DNA of 33,728 bases from positions 1 to 33,728 of the forward strand of contig JAEOSK010000025.1 in NCBI GenBank assembly GCA_016840405.1, read 5' to 3'. The notes under the pieces are model-generated. The model was not told the DNA's origin. It saw nothing but the letters and a program-made list of their open reading frames with translations, and did no database searches. Below, one piece after another: positions 9,383 through 17,579 of this stretch (the first letter of the stretch is position 1; each line of letters opens with the position of its first letter). A program made the translations under genes and the position numbers. Source of the DNA: Candidatus Hermodarchaeum yapensis (GTDB lineage: Archaea > Asgardarchaeota > Hermodarchaeia > Hermodarchaeales > Hermodarchaeaceae).

Positions 9383-10618
9383 GTGTCCGGACAGGTCCCA
9401 CCAGCGGTCTGCACCTACATCTATCGTCACGAACGCCCCTGTCATAAACGGGGTGAACGTTGTTCGCACCCTACAGTTCCGGGTAGCCCGTATTGCCGGT
9501 GGCACCAAGTTCTTCCGGATAAAGATCTCCGAGGTATCGATTTTAGTCAAAGCGAGGAAGAACAGAAACACCTCTGTGAAGCATATCTGGTGGACGGTAG
9601 ACTTGATGATGCTATCATGTTGGAAGTCCTATTGCATGATGCGAACCTCCATGGGGCTTCGCTTACCAATGCCAACCTTCAAGGTGCAAATCTAAGTCAA
9701 GCCAACCTTCACGAAGCAGACCTATGGGGAGCAAACTTGAAGGGAGCCATTCTGTGGGGAGCAAACCTGCGAAGAGCTCAACTGATTCTTACGCAACTTC
9801 AATATGCGGATTTTGTTCGGGCAGATTTACAGGGAGCCATGTTTGACAGTGCAAAATTGGAATACACGGATTTGCGAGGAGCCAACCTCGTTTCAGCACA
9901 CTTTGATAGCACCCATATTGATAACGTGTATTTTGCTGGAAAATTTGGATCAGCACAATTAATGCTTTGTACGTTGAAAAACGCGGCTTCACTCGACAAT
10001 CTCGTTGCCCACAAAGAACGACTTGGGCTTCGATCTGACGCGGGAACAGGAAATCATCTCCGGACATATACACTTGAGGACTACAACATTGAGCCACGAG
10101 ATGTAGAGGATATCGTCCGTGATCACCGAGTCCTAAAAATCTACTTCAAACAAGAAGGCCGATTAGACCTGAGCAGTAAACATTACCTGAAAGAAATGCG
10201 ATCCACCCGTCAATCCTCTTGGAACAAAGCATCCAACAAGGAAACCGAAAAAGGCGTCGAACCGCTTTCATTTGGACAACGTATTCGTTGGGGTCTTCGT
10301 GGAGTAAACAATAAATTATTAGACACTCTGTTTGGCTATGGCGATGAGCCCTCGAAACTATTAGGATGGACATTTCTCACCGTTTTTCTCACGGCTCTAG
10401 CTTTGTATATGATTACCATGCAACAGAGTGTAATTCCCCTGGATCCCCTCATCACATTCACGTCAAGCCTCGCAATAGCGTTAGTATCCTTCGCCGTTGC
10501 CCCACCAATACCCTTCGATGCGATACCCGCATTTTGGCTCGCCAGTGTTACCGCCTTTGTTGGAAAATTCTTCCTTGCCTTGTTCGTTTTCATTCTTGCC
10601 CGCAAGGTTGAACGCTAG
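9383..10618 (+). CDS. Pentapeptide-repeat protein with N-terminal Cys/His finger and C-terminal membrane domain
   Basis: A(N/D)Lxx repeats (ANLHG ASLTN ANLQG ANLSQ ANLHE ADLWG ANLKG), GYGDEP before TM helices; its TAG stop is shared (CTAG) with the convergent LLM gene. Confidence 0.85.
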   Translation: MSGQVPPAVCTYIYRHERPCHKRGERCSHPTVPGSPYCRWHQVLPDKDLRGIDFSQSEEEQKHLCEAYLVDGRLDDAIMLEVLLHDANLHGASLTNANLQGANLSQANLHEADLWGANLKGAILWGANLRRAQLILTQLQYADFVRADLQGAMFDSAKLEYTDLRGANLVSAHFDSTHIDNVYFAGKFGSAQLMLCTLKNAASLDNLVAHKERLGLRSDAGTGNHLRTYTLEDYNIEPRDVEDIVRDHRVLKIYFKQEGRLDLSSKHYLKEMRSTRQSSWNKASNKETEKGVEPLSFGQRIRWGLRGVNNKLLDTLFGYGDEPSKLLGWTFLTVFLTALALYMITMQQSVIPLDPLITFTSSLAIALVSFAVAPPIPFDAIPAFWLASVTAFVGKFFLALFVFILARKVER

Positions 10619-11724
10619 CCAGATAATGTCGGATAAATTTCCTCAGCGAGTATCCGTGAAACATCAAAATAAGTAAACGGCGCATGGCGTTTACTCGCTC
10701 CATTAATGATTTCAAAACAGAAATGATCAACTCCTGCATCGATGAAAGCCTTGATTTTCTTTGCAAGCTCATCAGGATTACCTGCCAACATAACTTTCTT
10801 CAACTCCGATTCCGGAATATCTGAAACCAATGGAAGGAGTTTACTGATATAGAGCTTAGCGATGTCATCTGCATCATATGTTAGAAGACTGAGGCGGTTT
10901 GGATCTAGATCCATATCGCGAAAAATTTGGTCAAATCCATCCTTCCAATACCCAATTTCACGAATTACCCAAGGATTCAGAGCCAGTTCACCACGGAATC
11001 GGTTCACATATTGATCAATGTTGTCTGGGTCATCATGCATATACACTCGTCCCCAAAACCCACATGCTAACTCAGCGGGATCCCGACCAAAGCGTTTCAT
11101 GTTTTGATGAATATCTTCGAGACCTTCTTTGTAAAACCGGGGTAATCCAGGAAAGGGAAACCACCCATCCCCATGTTTAGCTGTAACACGACGTGTAACA
11201 GGACCATTTCCTGCAACCCAAACAGGTACTGATGGTTGTTGCACTGGTTTAGGAAGCAGAACAGCTCTTCGCAAGGAAAAGAAGTCTCCTGAAAAATCAA
11301 CAGGACCTTGTGCTGTCCAGAGAAGTTTCATCACTTCAATAGATTCGCGCATTCGGCTTACAGCTCGCTTTGTTGTGAAGCCATATGCAGTGAGATTCAT
11401 CTTCTCCCCTGCTCCTATTCCCAGAATAAACTTGCCATTTGATTGATGATCAAGAGATGCGGCATTTTGTGCAACGATGGCTGGATGGAGTCGAATTCCA
11501 TCAGTGACTGCAACGCCAAGAGTCAAATCTGGTGCTAATTCGGCAAAAGCACCAAGCATTGTCCAAGGTGATAAAAAATCATCAATCACGAATGGAGGTA
11601 ACCCGCGAAGATGATCAGGCACCCAGCATGAGCTCCAATTCTGTTGCTTAATCATCATTGCGACTTTCTTTTTCACTAAATCCCAGGATCGAGAAAAGAA
11701 GAGCTGTTGTCCAAATTGAACCAT
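10615..11724 (-). CDS. LLM (luciferase-like) flavin/F420-dependent oxidoreductase
   Basis: WVPDH, LGVAVTD..R.HPA..AQ..ASLD..SNGKFILGIGAGE, PVWVAGNGP, GDGW; SD AGGTGA upstream of ATG 11724. Confidence 0.9.
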   Translation of the reverse strand: MVQFGQQLFFSRSWDLVKKKVAMMIKQQNWSSCWVPDHLRGLPPFVIDDFLSPWTMLGAFAELAPDLTLGVAVTDGIRLHPAIVAQNAASLDHQSNGKFILGIGAGEKMNLTAYGFTTKRAVSRMRESIEVMKLLWTAQGPVDFSGDFFSLRRAVLLPKPVQQPSVPVWVAGNGPVTRRVTAKHGDGWFPFPGLPRFYKEGLEDIHQNMKRFGRDPAELACGFWGRVYMHDDPDNIDQYVNRFRGELALNPWVIREIGYWKDGFDQIFRDMDLDPNRLSLLTYDADDIAKLYISKLLPLVSDIPESELKKVMLAGNPDELAKKIKAFIDAGVDHFCFEIINGASKRHAPFTYFDVSRILAEEIYPTLSG

Positions 11725-11844
11725 AAAATTCACCTTCAGCGAAGCGACGATGAAAAAAGGTATGGGGCTCAAACTTCTTAAGTGTAAATGGGAGAGGTAC
11801 TTATTAGAGAACTGCAATTCATCCATTTTTGGAGCTTGCGAAAA

Positions 11845-12831
11845 ATGAAGCGGAAACCTCTAGTTGCGTTTCTTCTGATCTTTCTATTCCTGATGATGAC
11901 ACCCAGCATTGCCAGCGCTCAGACACCACCATTTCCACAAATTGGTCAAAATTGGACTTATGCTATAACCGGTGAAGCCGATTGGGACGATCCTATCGAT
12001 GGCACAATTCAATATTCGGCAAATGCAAAATACACCGTGCTTGACGCTCAGCCTGACGATTTCCTTGTTCAACAAGAAGTTTCAGGAACAGTTACCTGGC
12101 CAGTCTTAGCCGGTGAAGGTGACATTGTGCTAGTAGACCTTGGGGGAGGATTATCTTATGATGAAACCATCAACCCCTCCAATTCCAGTTTCAGTTTTTC
12201 CACGACAGGGCTAATACACTTCAATGACTCACTGACAACCGGATTAGGTCTCGACGAATATTCAGCAGTGTTCTTAAATTACACAATAGGCTCGGATACT
12301 ATCCTCGCCTATATCGGCTACACGTGGGGTCTGTGGATCTTCATCTTCATGCCATTGCCCTTTCCACCGTTCTTCTTAACAGAAAACCTCCACACGATGG
12401 TCTACTGGAACACTTCTTGGGCCCCCTATGGTGATATCGTAACCGGAGCGCCTTTGGAAGTGAATGCTGCAGCTTGGACCGAAGAGAGCCTCAACACGGC
12501 TGCAGGTCCTCGGATTGCAATGAAGAACGAAACACACACGCTAATTGAGTTTTTGCCAGATTACGCTGAAACTAACATCACTACTTGGATAGACAAGGAT
12601 ACAGGAATACTCCTGAAAATCACTGATGAAGTGGATATTCTGTCAACCGGTTCGTTAGATGTGACTTCAACAACTACCATTGAACTCATCAGCGCTGACT
12701 TCTTCGGCATCATGGGCTTTTTGATGTACTATAAACTATTTGGTATATCCTTGCTCTACATCCTGATAGGTGTGGTAGTACTGATAATTATCATCTTAAT
12801 TGTGGTCATCCTAATTCGAAGACGAAGATAG
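11845..12831 (+). CDS. Secreted, C-terminally anchored surface (glyco)protein, hypothetical
   Basis: MKRK+hydrophobic signal ending ASA-Q; acidic, Thr-rich body with 7 N-x-S/T sequons; C-terminal TM helix followed by RRRR. Confidence 0.8.
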   Translation: MKRKPLVAFLLIFLFLMMTPSIASAQTPPFPQIGQNWTYAITGEADWDDPIDGTIQYSANAKYTVLDAQPDDFLVQQEVSGTVTWPVLAGEGDIVLVDLGGGLSYDETINPSNSSFSFSTTGLIHFNDSLTTGLGLDEYSAVFLNYTIGSDTILAYIGYTWGLWIFIFMPLPFPPFFLTENLHTMVYWNTSWAPYGDIVTGAPLEVNAAAWTEESLNTAAGPRIAMKNETHTLIEFLPDYAETNITTWIDKDTGILLKITDEVDILSTGSLDVTSTTTIELISADFFGIMGFLMYYKLFGISLLYILIGVVVLIIIILIVVILIRRRR

Positions 12832-12848
12832 AATACCAACGGACTCAA

Positions 12849-12869
12849 AAAGGGCGTTAAACGCCCTTT
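12849..12869. terminator. Inverted repeat between convergent genes, probable bidirectional terminator
   Basis: AAAGGGCGTT-A-AACGCCCTTT perfect palindrome, A-run on the left and pyrimidine run on the right. Confidence 0.6.
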
Positions 12870-12880
12870 CCTCCCTTTTC

Positions 12881-13066
12881 TCAACCTGCCCGATTTATTC
12901 GCCATCTCGAAATGATTATGAAAATTACAAAAAACACAACCACCAACCCAATGACAAGCCACATGTATACCCATCCATGATACAACGCCAGATACCCACT
13001 AGCTAAGAGAATCACCACGACCATTAACCCAACACATATCCAGTCTACTTTACCCAATTGCGCCAT
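12881..13066 (-). CDS. Small two-TM membrane protein, hypothetical
   Basis: 61 aa, two clear hydrophobic helices, basic C-terminus, fills an intergenic gap. Confidence 0.6.
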   Translation of the reverse strand: MAQLGKVDWICVGLMVVVILLASGYLALYHGWVYMWLVIGLVVVFFVIFIIISRWRINRAG

Positions 13067-13281
13067 TCAAATACCCACTCAAGTTTTTCTAATTCTATTA
13101 TTGAAAGTCAAAACTCAATATTGGACCGACCAGACTGGTCTAGTGAACACACAAACAACGAGACTATAAGCTTGACGATTTACAACGAATCCGCAACAAG
13201 CCGCACACTTAAATCACTCCTCCCGCCAATGAAAAGTCAACTTTCCTAAACCAAACTATTCCTCCTTGAATGGTGAATTTC

Positions 13282-14340
13282 ATGATTAAGACTAAACTCA
13301 CAGAAATGCTCGGCTGCAAACACCCCATTATCCAAGCTGCAATGGGACCCTTTTACACCACCAAACTCTGTGCAGCTGTTAGCAACGCCGGTGCCTTCGG
13401 CGTCGTCTCTCACACTAACCTCCGAAACATGGACCCTATCAAAGAAATGGAGAAGAACATCCTTGACGTCGTTGAAAACACTGATGGACCCTTTGGTGTC
13501 AACATCCGAACCGCACGACTTCAAATCGATTACCCAGAACTCATCAAGCTCATCCCCCGGATTCGCAAAGAAAATAAAAAAGTGCGGGAACAACTCCGAC
13601 TTGTCATCACTTCCGCAGGCGACCCACGCCCTGGCGCCCATCATTTCAAAGACGTCGATCCAGATATCCTCGTTTTCCACGTAATTCCCGCCAAATGGCT
13701 TGCTGAAAAAGCTCTCAACCCCGCTTGGTTCCAGAAGAAATTCCCCGGCACCAAAGGAGTTCTTGATGGCATCATCGCAACAGGTTATGAAGGCGGCGGT
13801 CACAACAGCTATGAAAAAGTCGCTACCACCGTACTTACCGCTGAAATGGTTGAATTTGCTGGAGACACTCCCGTTGTATCCTGCGGAGGCTGGTATGACG
13901 GCAAGGGTCTTGCCGGTGCCCTCGCTATGGGTGCCGTTGGCATTCAAATGGGAACACGCTTCATCGCAACCAAAGAATGCGAATTCCACGACGATTACAA
14001 AGCCCTCATCCTCCCAGCAACCGACGAAGACACCGTTATGACGACTGGTGCATTTGGTCCGATTCGGTTGTTAAAGAACGAGTACTCGAAAGAACATGGT
14101 GTAGCTGTTCCAGATCGTGAAGCACGGATGGCAGAAGAAGCATCGATGACAGCTGATGACTTACTTGATGAAATGGAACGCTATGAGCTAGTTTACAAGG
14201 GCGATGTTCAAAAAGGTCCTATCCTAGTTGGACAGACCATTGGTGGCATCAGTACTATTCCAACAGTGAAAGAGGTTGTTGACAGCATCGTCAAAGAAGC
14301 AGAAATGCGTTTGAAAGCCGTAAGTAAACTACTGAGCTAG
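13282..14340 (+). CDS. Nitronate monooxygenase / FabK enoyl-reductase-like FMN oxidoreductase
   Basis: KHPIIQAAM, AAVSNAGAFG, PFGVN, ATGYEGGGH, GG..DGKGLAGALAMGA.GIQMGTRFIATKEC, GQ..G; SD GGTGA before ATG 13282. Confidence 0.9.
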   Translation: MIKTKLTEMLGCKHPIIQAAMGPFYTTKLCAAVSNAGAFGVVSHTNLRNMDPIKEMEKNILDVVENTDGPFGVNIRTARLQIDYPELIKLIPRIRKENKKVREQLRLVITSAGDPRPGAHHFKDVDPDILVFHVIPAKWLAEKALNPAWFQKKFPGTKGVLDGIIATGYEGGGHNSYEKVATTVLTAEMVEFAGDTPVVSCGGWYDGKGLAGALAMGAVGIQMGTRFIATKECEFHDDYKALILPATDEDTVMTTGAFGPIRLLKNEYSKEHGVAVPDREARMAEEASMTADDLLDEMERYELVYKGDVQKGPILVGQTIGGISTIPTVKEVVDSIVKEAEMRLKAVSKLLS

Positions 14341-14365
14341 AGCGAAAATTATTATGAACATAATT

Positions 14366-14402
14366 GGGGCTGGTCTTTATCCAGTCCCTTATTCGTTTTT
14401 TC
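14366..14402 (+). terminator. Hairpin plus U-tract terminator
   Basis: GGGGCTGG-TCTTTAT-CCAGTCCC (one G.U pair) followed by TTATTCGTTTTTT, about 25 nt after stop. Confidence 0.55.
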
Positions 14403-14478
14403 TTCCTTAGCTAGATAATGCTAGTCAGAGTATTGCCATTTAGTTTAGATTTTTATGCTATGGCATTGAGGAGGTTTC

Positions 14479-14871
14479 ATGTCTGACCCAGAGTACAAGA
14501 ATATTCACCAGAGTATTGCCACCTTTGTTGAAGGGTTACGAACATTGGATTATTCAAAAATTTCACAAATTTTCTATCAGGATGGATTGTCAGTTGGAGT
14601 ACGGAATGGGCAAATCTCTTTCGTACGCCGAGAGCATTGGAAAGAAATGCGAGACAGGGAATTGGCAGAAGGGATCGACAATACCGACAATGTGGCCTGG
14701 TTTGAAATTAAATCGTTTGAACGATTTGGTAATGCAGCGTCGGTAGTCATCGAGTTGAGCTTTACAAGTGATCCTGTTGATTACATTGACTTGTACCATA
14801 TGCTAAAGACCGATGATGGCTGGAAAATTGTCAATAAAATATACCATCATATAGAGAAGAAAAAAAGATAA
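14479..14871 (+). CDS. NTF2-fold protein (putative lumazine-binding family)
   Basis: I..FVEG...D.....IF, GNAASV, YIDLYHMLKTDDGWKIVNK; SD GAGGAGG. Confidence 0.82.
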   Translation: MSDPEYKNIHQSIATFVEGLRTLDYSKISQIFYQDGLSVGVRNGQISFVRREHWKEMRDRELAEGIDNTDNVAWFEIKSFERFGNAASVVIELSFTSDPVDYIDLYHMLKTDDGWKIVNKIYHHIEKKKR

Positions 14872-14964
14872 CTGCTGAACAGAATCATTGGTAGATACCT
14901 TTGATTCTGGATAAGGAGAGAACAGAAGGATTAAGAGGGTTCGAGTAAAGAAAGGCAGTGGTAG

Positions 14965-15753
14965 ATGTCAATGGCGTCTGAGATTGCCCAAGATATTGAA
15001 GCAATCAGTGAAGAAGTACTAAGCGTCATTGTAACCACTTTAGTAGATAACCAGACTACTCAACCTGACCTTCATAGCGTTCATGGACTTTCCCTATACA
15101 TTGAAGTTCAGTTTCCTGGACGAAGTGACGCAGTACTCTTTGACATTAGTGGTAGCGCCCAAGTTTTCCGCCATAATGCACAGGCCTTGAATTTGGACTT
15201 TTCAAATCTTCGAGCGTTGGTTATCAGCCATTTTCATCATGATCATTTTGGTGCCCTTGCACCAGCCTTGGAACTGATCCGACATAGTGACCTTGTTGCG
15301 TTCTTACCTGCCCATCATGATGCGATTGAACAGACACTTAGTGAGGCAAATGTCCGACGACAGATAGCTGAAGAGAGCAGGTTGATTCGGTCTGGAGTAG
15401 CCACAACTGGAGCCTTGGGACCAAAAAGGCTCAAAGAGCAGGGTATAGTCGTTAATGTGGAATCGAATGGGTTATTACTCTTGACGGGGTGTTCGCATCC
15501 CAAAGTGAGTCAGATGATTAAGGCTGCAAAGAAAGTGTTTCCGGGACGTCCCCTACAAGCGGTAATTGGTGGTTTCCACATAAAAACCGAAGAAGAAGGG
15601 CGAGCAGCAGGCGAACTCTTTGTAAAGGAGGGCATCAGGTTAGTATCTCCCTGCCATTGTACAAGCAAGGAAGCAAAAGCAGGGATTCGCAGTGTTGTAG
15701 GTGAAGCCGTATACCGAGAAAACGGATCAGGAACAACCTTTGAACTTCGATAA
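14965..15753 (+). CDS. MBL-fold metallo-hydrolase (COG1237 type)
   Basis: HGLSLYIE, LFD, SHFHHDH, EQ, LTGCSHP, IGGFH, PCHCT. Confidence 0.9.
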   Translation: MSMASEIAQDIEAISEEVLSVIVTTLVDNQTTQPDLHSVHGLSLYIEVQFPGRSDAVLFDISGSAQVFRHNAQALNLDFSNLRALVISHFHHDHFGALAPALELIRHSDLVAFLPAHHDAIEQTLSEANVRRQIAEESRLIRSGVATTGALGPKRLKEQGIVVNVESNGLLLLTGCSHPKVSQMIKAAKKVFPGRPLQAVIGGFHIKTEEEGRAAGELFVKEGIRLVSPCHCTSKEAKAGIRSVVGEAVYRENGSGTTFELR

Positions 15754-15884
15754 TCAACCTCAACACAGTTAGAGTTTCTAACATTTTTCCACCCAAAACA
15801 GTGTAAGATCTGTAATTTAATCAATAATCTCAGGTGTGTCATTAAATTAATGAAGATGAGGAGACGAATCTGTTGGGGTTTTCA

Positions 15885-16796
15885 ATGAAGCCACAACAAC
15901 TTATCTTCACAACAGTCATATTCCCCCGAAAAAGTTCAGAAACCAATACACTTCTTCTCGTTGAAAGCATCCGATCCTTTGCCGGAACATTATCCGAAAA
16001 CCCCATTTGGATTTTCACACCAGACTCACCCCAGCAATTATCCACTGCGACAAAAAACCGATTACAGGCTCTCGATACCAAATTAATTTCCTTCGCACTC
16101 GATGAATCCAAACTACCATTCTTTTTTGCTAGCGAACTTCAAGCAATTGGCTTTGCCGAATCAATGGCAAAAACCGACACAGAGTTACTTGCTTGGCTGG
16201 ATTCTAACACACTAATCCTAAAAGAACCCAAAGAATTCCTGATCTCAGATGAGAAGAGTCTAGGATTTCGGCCAGTACACCACACATTAGTAGGATCACG
16301 TTTTAATGAACCACTCGACCCATTCTGGACACAAATTTATCGTTCCTGCCAAGTTCCTGAGGATCGAGTTTTTCCCATGGAAACACATGTCGACAATACT
16401 ATAATCCGTCCCTACTTCAATGCGGGCCTACTCATCACACGCCCCACGAATCATCTATTCCGAACATGGCACGACACATTTTTCGGAATTTACCATAAGG
16501 CAGAGTACAAAGAATTCTATCAACAAGACGAACGATACCACATCTTTGCCCACCAAGCAGTACTTTCTGGTGTAATTCTCTCTCTGTTTCCAAAAGCAGA
16601 GCTCCAAGAACTTCCTCCCACTTACAATTATCCACTCCATCTCTTTTCAGAAGATGTTTCTAAAACTCGCCCAGCCACTTTAGAAGAACTCGTCACTATT
16701 CGCCATGAAGGCTTCTACGAAGACCCTGAATGGCTTAAACAAATCCCTGCGAAGAAAGCTTTGAAGAAATGGATTTCTGAACGAGTGACACTCTAA
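15885..16796 (+). CDS. Hypothetical protein with GT-A/GT8-like features
   Basis: LLVESIR.F.G, WLDSNT, YFNAGLL, HQAVLS, ELPPTYNYP. Confidence 0.6.
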   Translation: MKPQQLIFTTVIFPRKSSETNTLLLVESIRSFAGTLSENPIWIFTPDSPQQLSTATKNRLQALDTKLISFALDESKLPFFFASELQAIGFAESMAKTDTELLAWLDSNTLILKEPKEFLISDEKSLGFRPVHHTLVGSRFNEPLDPFWTQIYRSCQVPEDRVFPMETHVDNTIIRPYFNAGLLITRPTNHLFRTWHDTFFGIYHKAEYKEFYQQDERYHIFAHQAVLSGVILSLFPKAELQELPPTYNYPLHLFSEDVSKTRPATLEELVTIRHEGFYEDPEWLKQIPAKKALKKWISERVTL

Positions 16797-16886
16797 AAAA
16801 AGCGCTGATAACTCGAATATTGCCAGCATTCATTCAGTGAGAGATGGAAAAAATGAGTCTGTGAACTTATTATTCAACATCTAGCC

Positions 16887-17429
16887 TCATTTTAGGACCT
16901 GTAGAATAAGGTTCACATCATCCACAAGCTCAGGTGGCTCATTAATTACCTGCAGAGAAGAGAGGAGTGTGGCAAGAGCTTTGACTTGGGGCCCAGATAA
17001 GCCTGAAGCCTTTTGATCCCTTGCTCGTTGCACCAGGGAATGAATTGCCGGATAAATCTGAGTAGTCAAATAATCGAAAATTACTTCACGTTTATTGATG
17101 TCAACATAATGCAATTCCACTCCATATTTGTAGCATGCACCAAGGATACGTTCACGGATTTCCTCGGTGGCCACACCAGTAGGAATGATAACGACGGGAG
17201 TACCCTCAGGCATCGCGACTTTATTTTGTACACAACGACCCACAGCCTCGTATACATCGCCAGGGCTACGAATCCATTTTGCTTCCGCAAGGAGCGTTCG
17301 ATCTCCAGATTTCGCCAAGATGTCGACAATACCACCGGGTATTATCGCCTTTTGTTCCACATCATATCCATTGGCTTCAAGATAACGTCGATAAACACTC
17401 AAGAGGAGATATTCCGACATCGCTGACAC
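16887..17429 (-). CDS. PD-(D/E)XK restriction-endonuclease-like domain protein
   Basis: E..L...YLEANGYDVE, VDILAK....LLAEAK, EAVGRC; helical C-terminal extension; start may be ATG 17420. Confidence 0.7.
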   Translation of the reverse strand: MSAMSEYLLLSVYRRYLEANGYDVEQKAIIPGGIVDILAKSGDRTLLAEAKWIRSPGDVYEAVGRCVQNKVAMPEGTPVVIIPTGVATEEIRERILGACYKYGVELHYVDINKREVIFDYLTTQIYPAIHSLVQRARDQKASGLSGPQVKALATLLSSLQVINEPPELVDDVNLILQVLK

Positions 17430-17579
17430 ACCACAAGTTAACTGCTACGAATATCCTTTTTGAGACTGTCGGAAAAATCTGAAACACTCAATTAATTAGA
17501 TAATTTCTCTCAGATACGAATGGAGATTTACCTTTTAGCTCGCTGACGGGCTTGTTCACGTTCTCGTTTGATTTCGGCT

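Noticed and set aside
10615-10618. Shared CTAG stop of convergent genes (similar overlap at 23109-23114)
   Set aside because: Common in compact prokaryotic genomes; no sign of a special function
13246-13989. 247-aa antisense ORF over the FabK/NMO-like gene
   Set aside because: Codon-aligned shadow of a well-supported gene; coincides with the C-skewed patch, where TTA/CTA/TCA codons are absent; no motifs
14426-14521. 13-bp direct repeat CAGAGTATTGCCA (14426-14438, 14509-14521)
   Set aside because: Only two copies, one inside a CDS; no mobile element or array structure; compatible with chance
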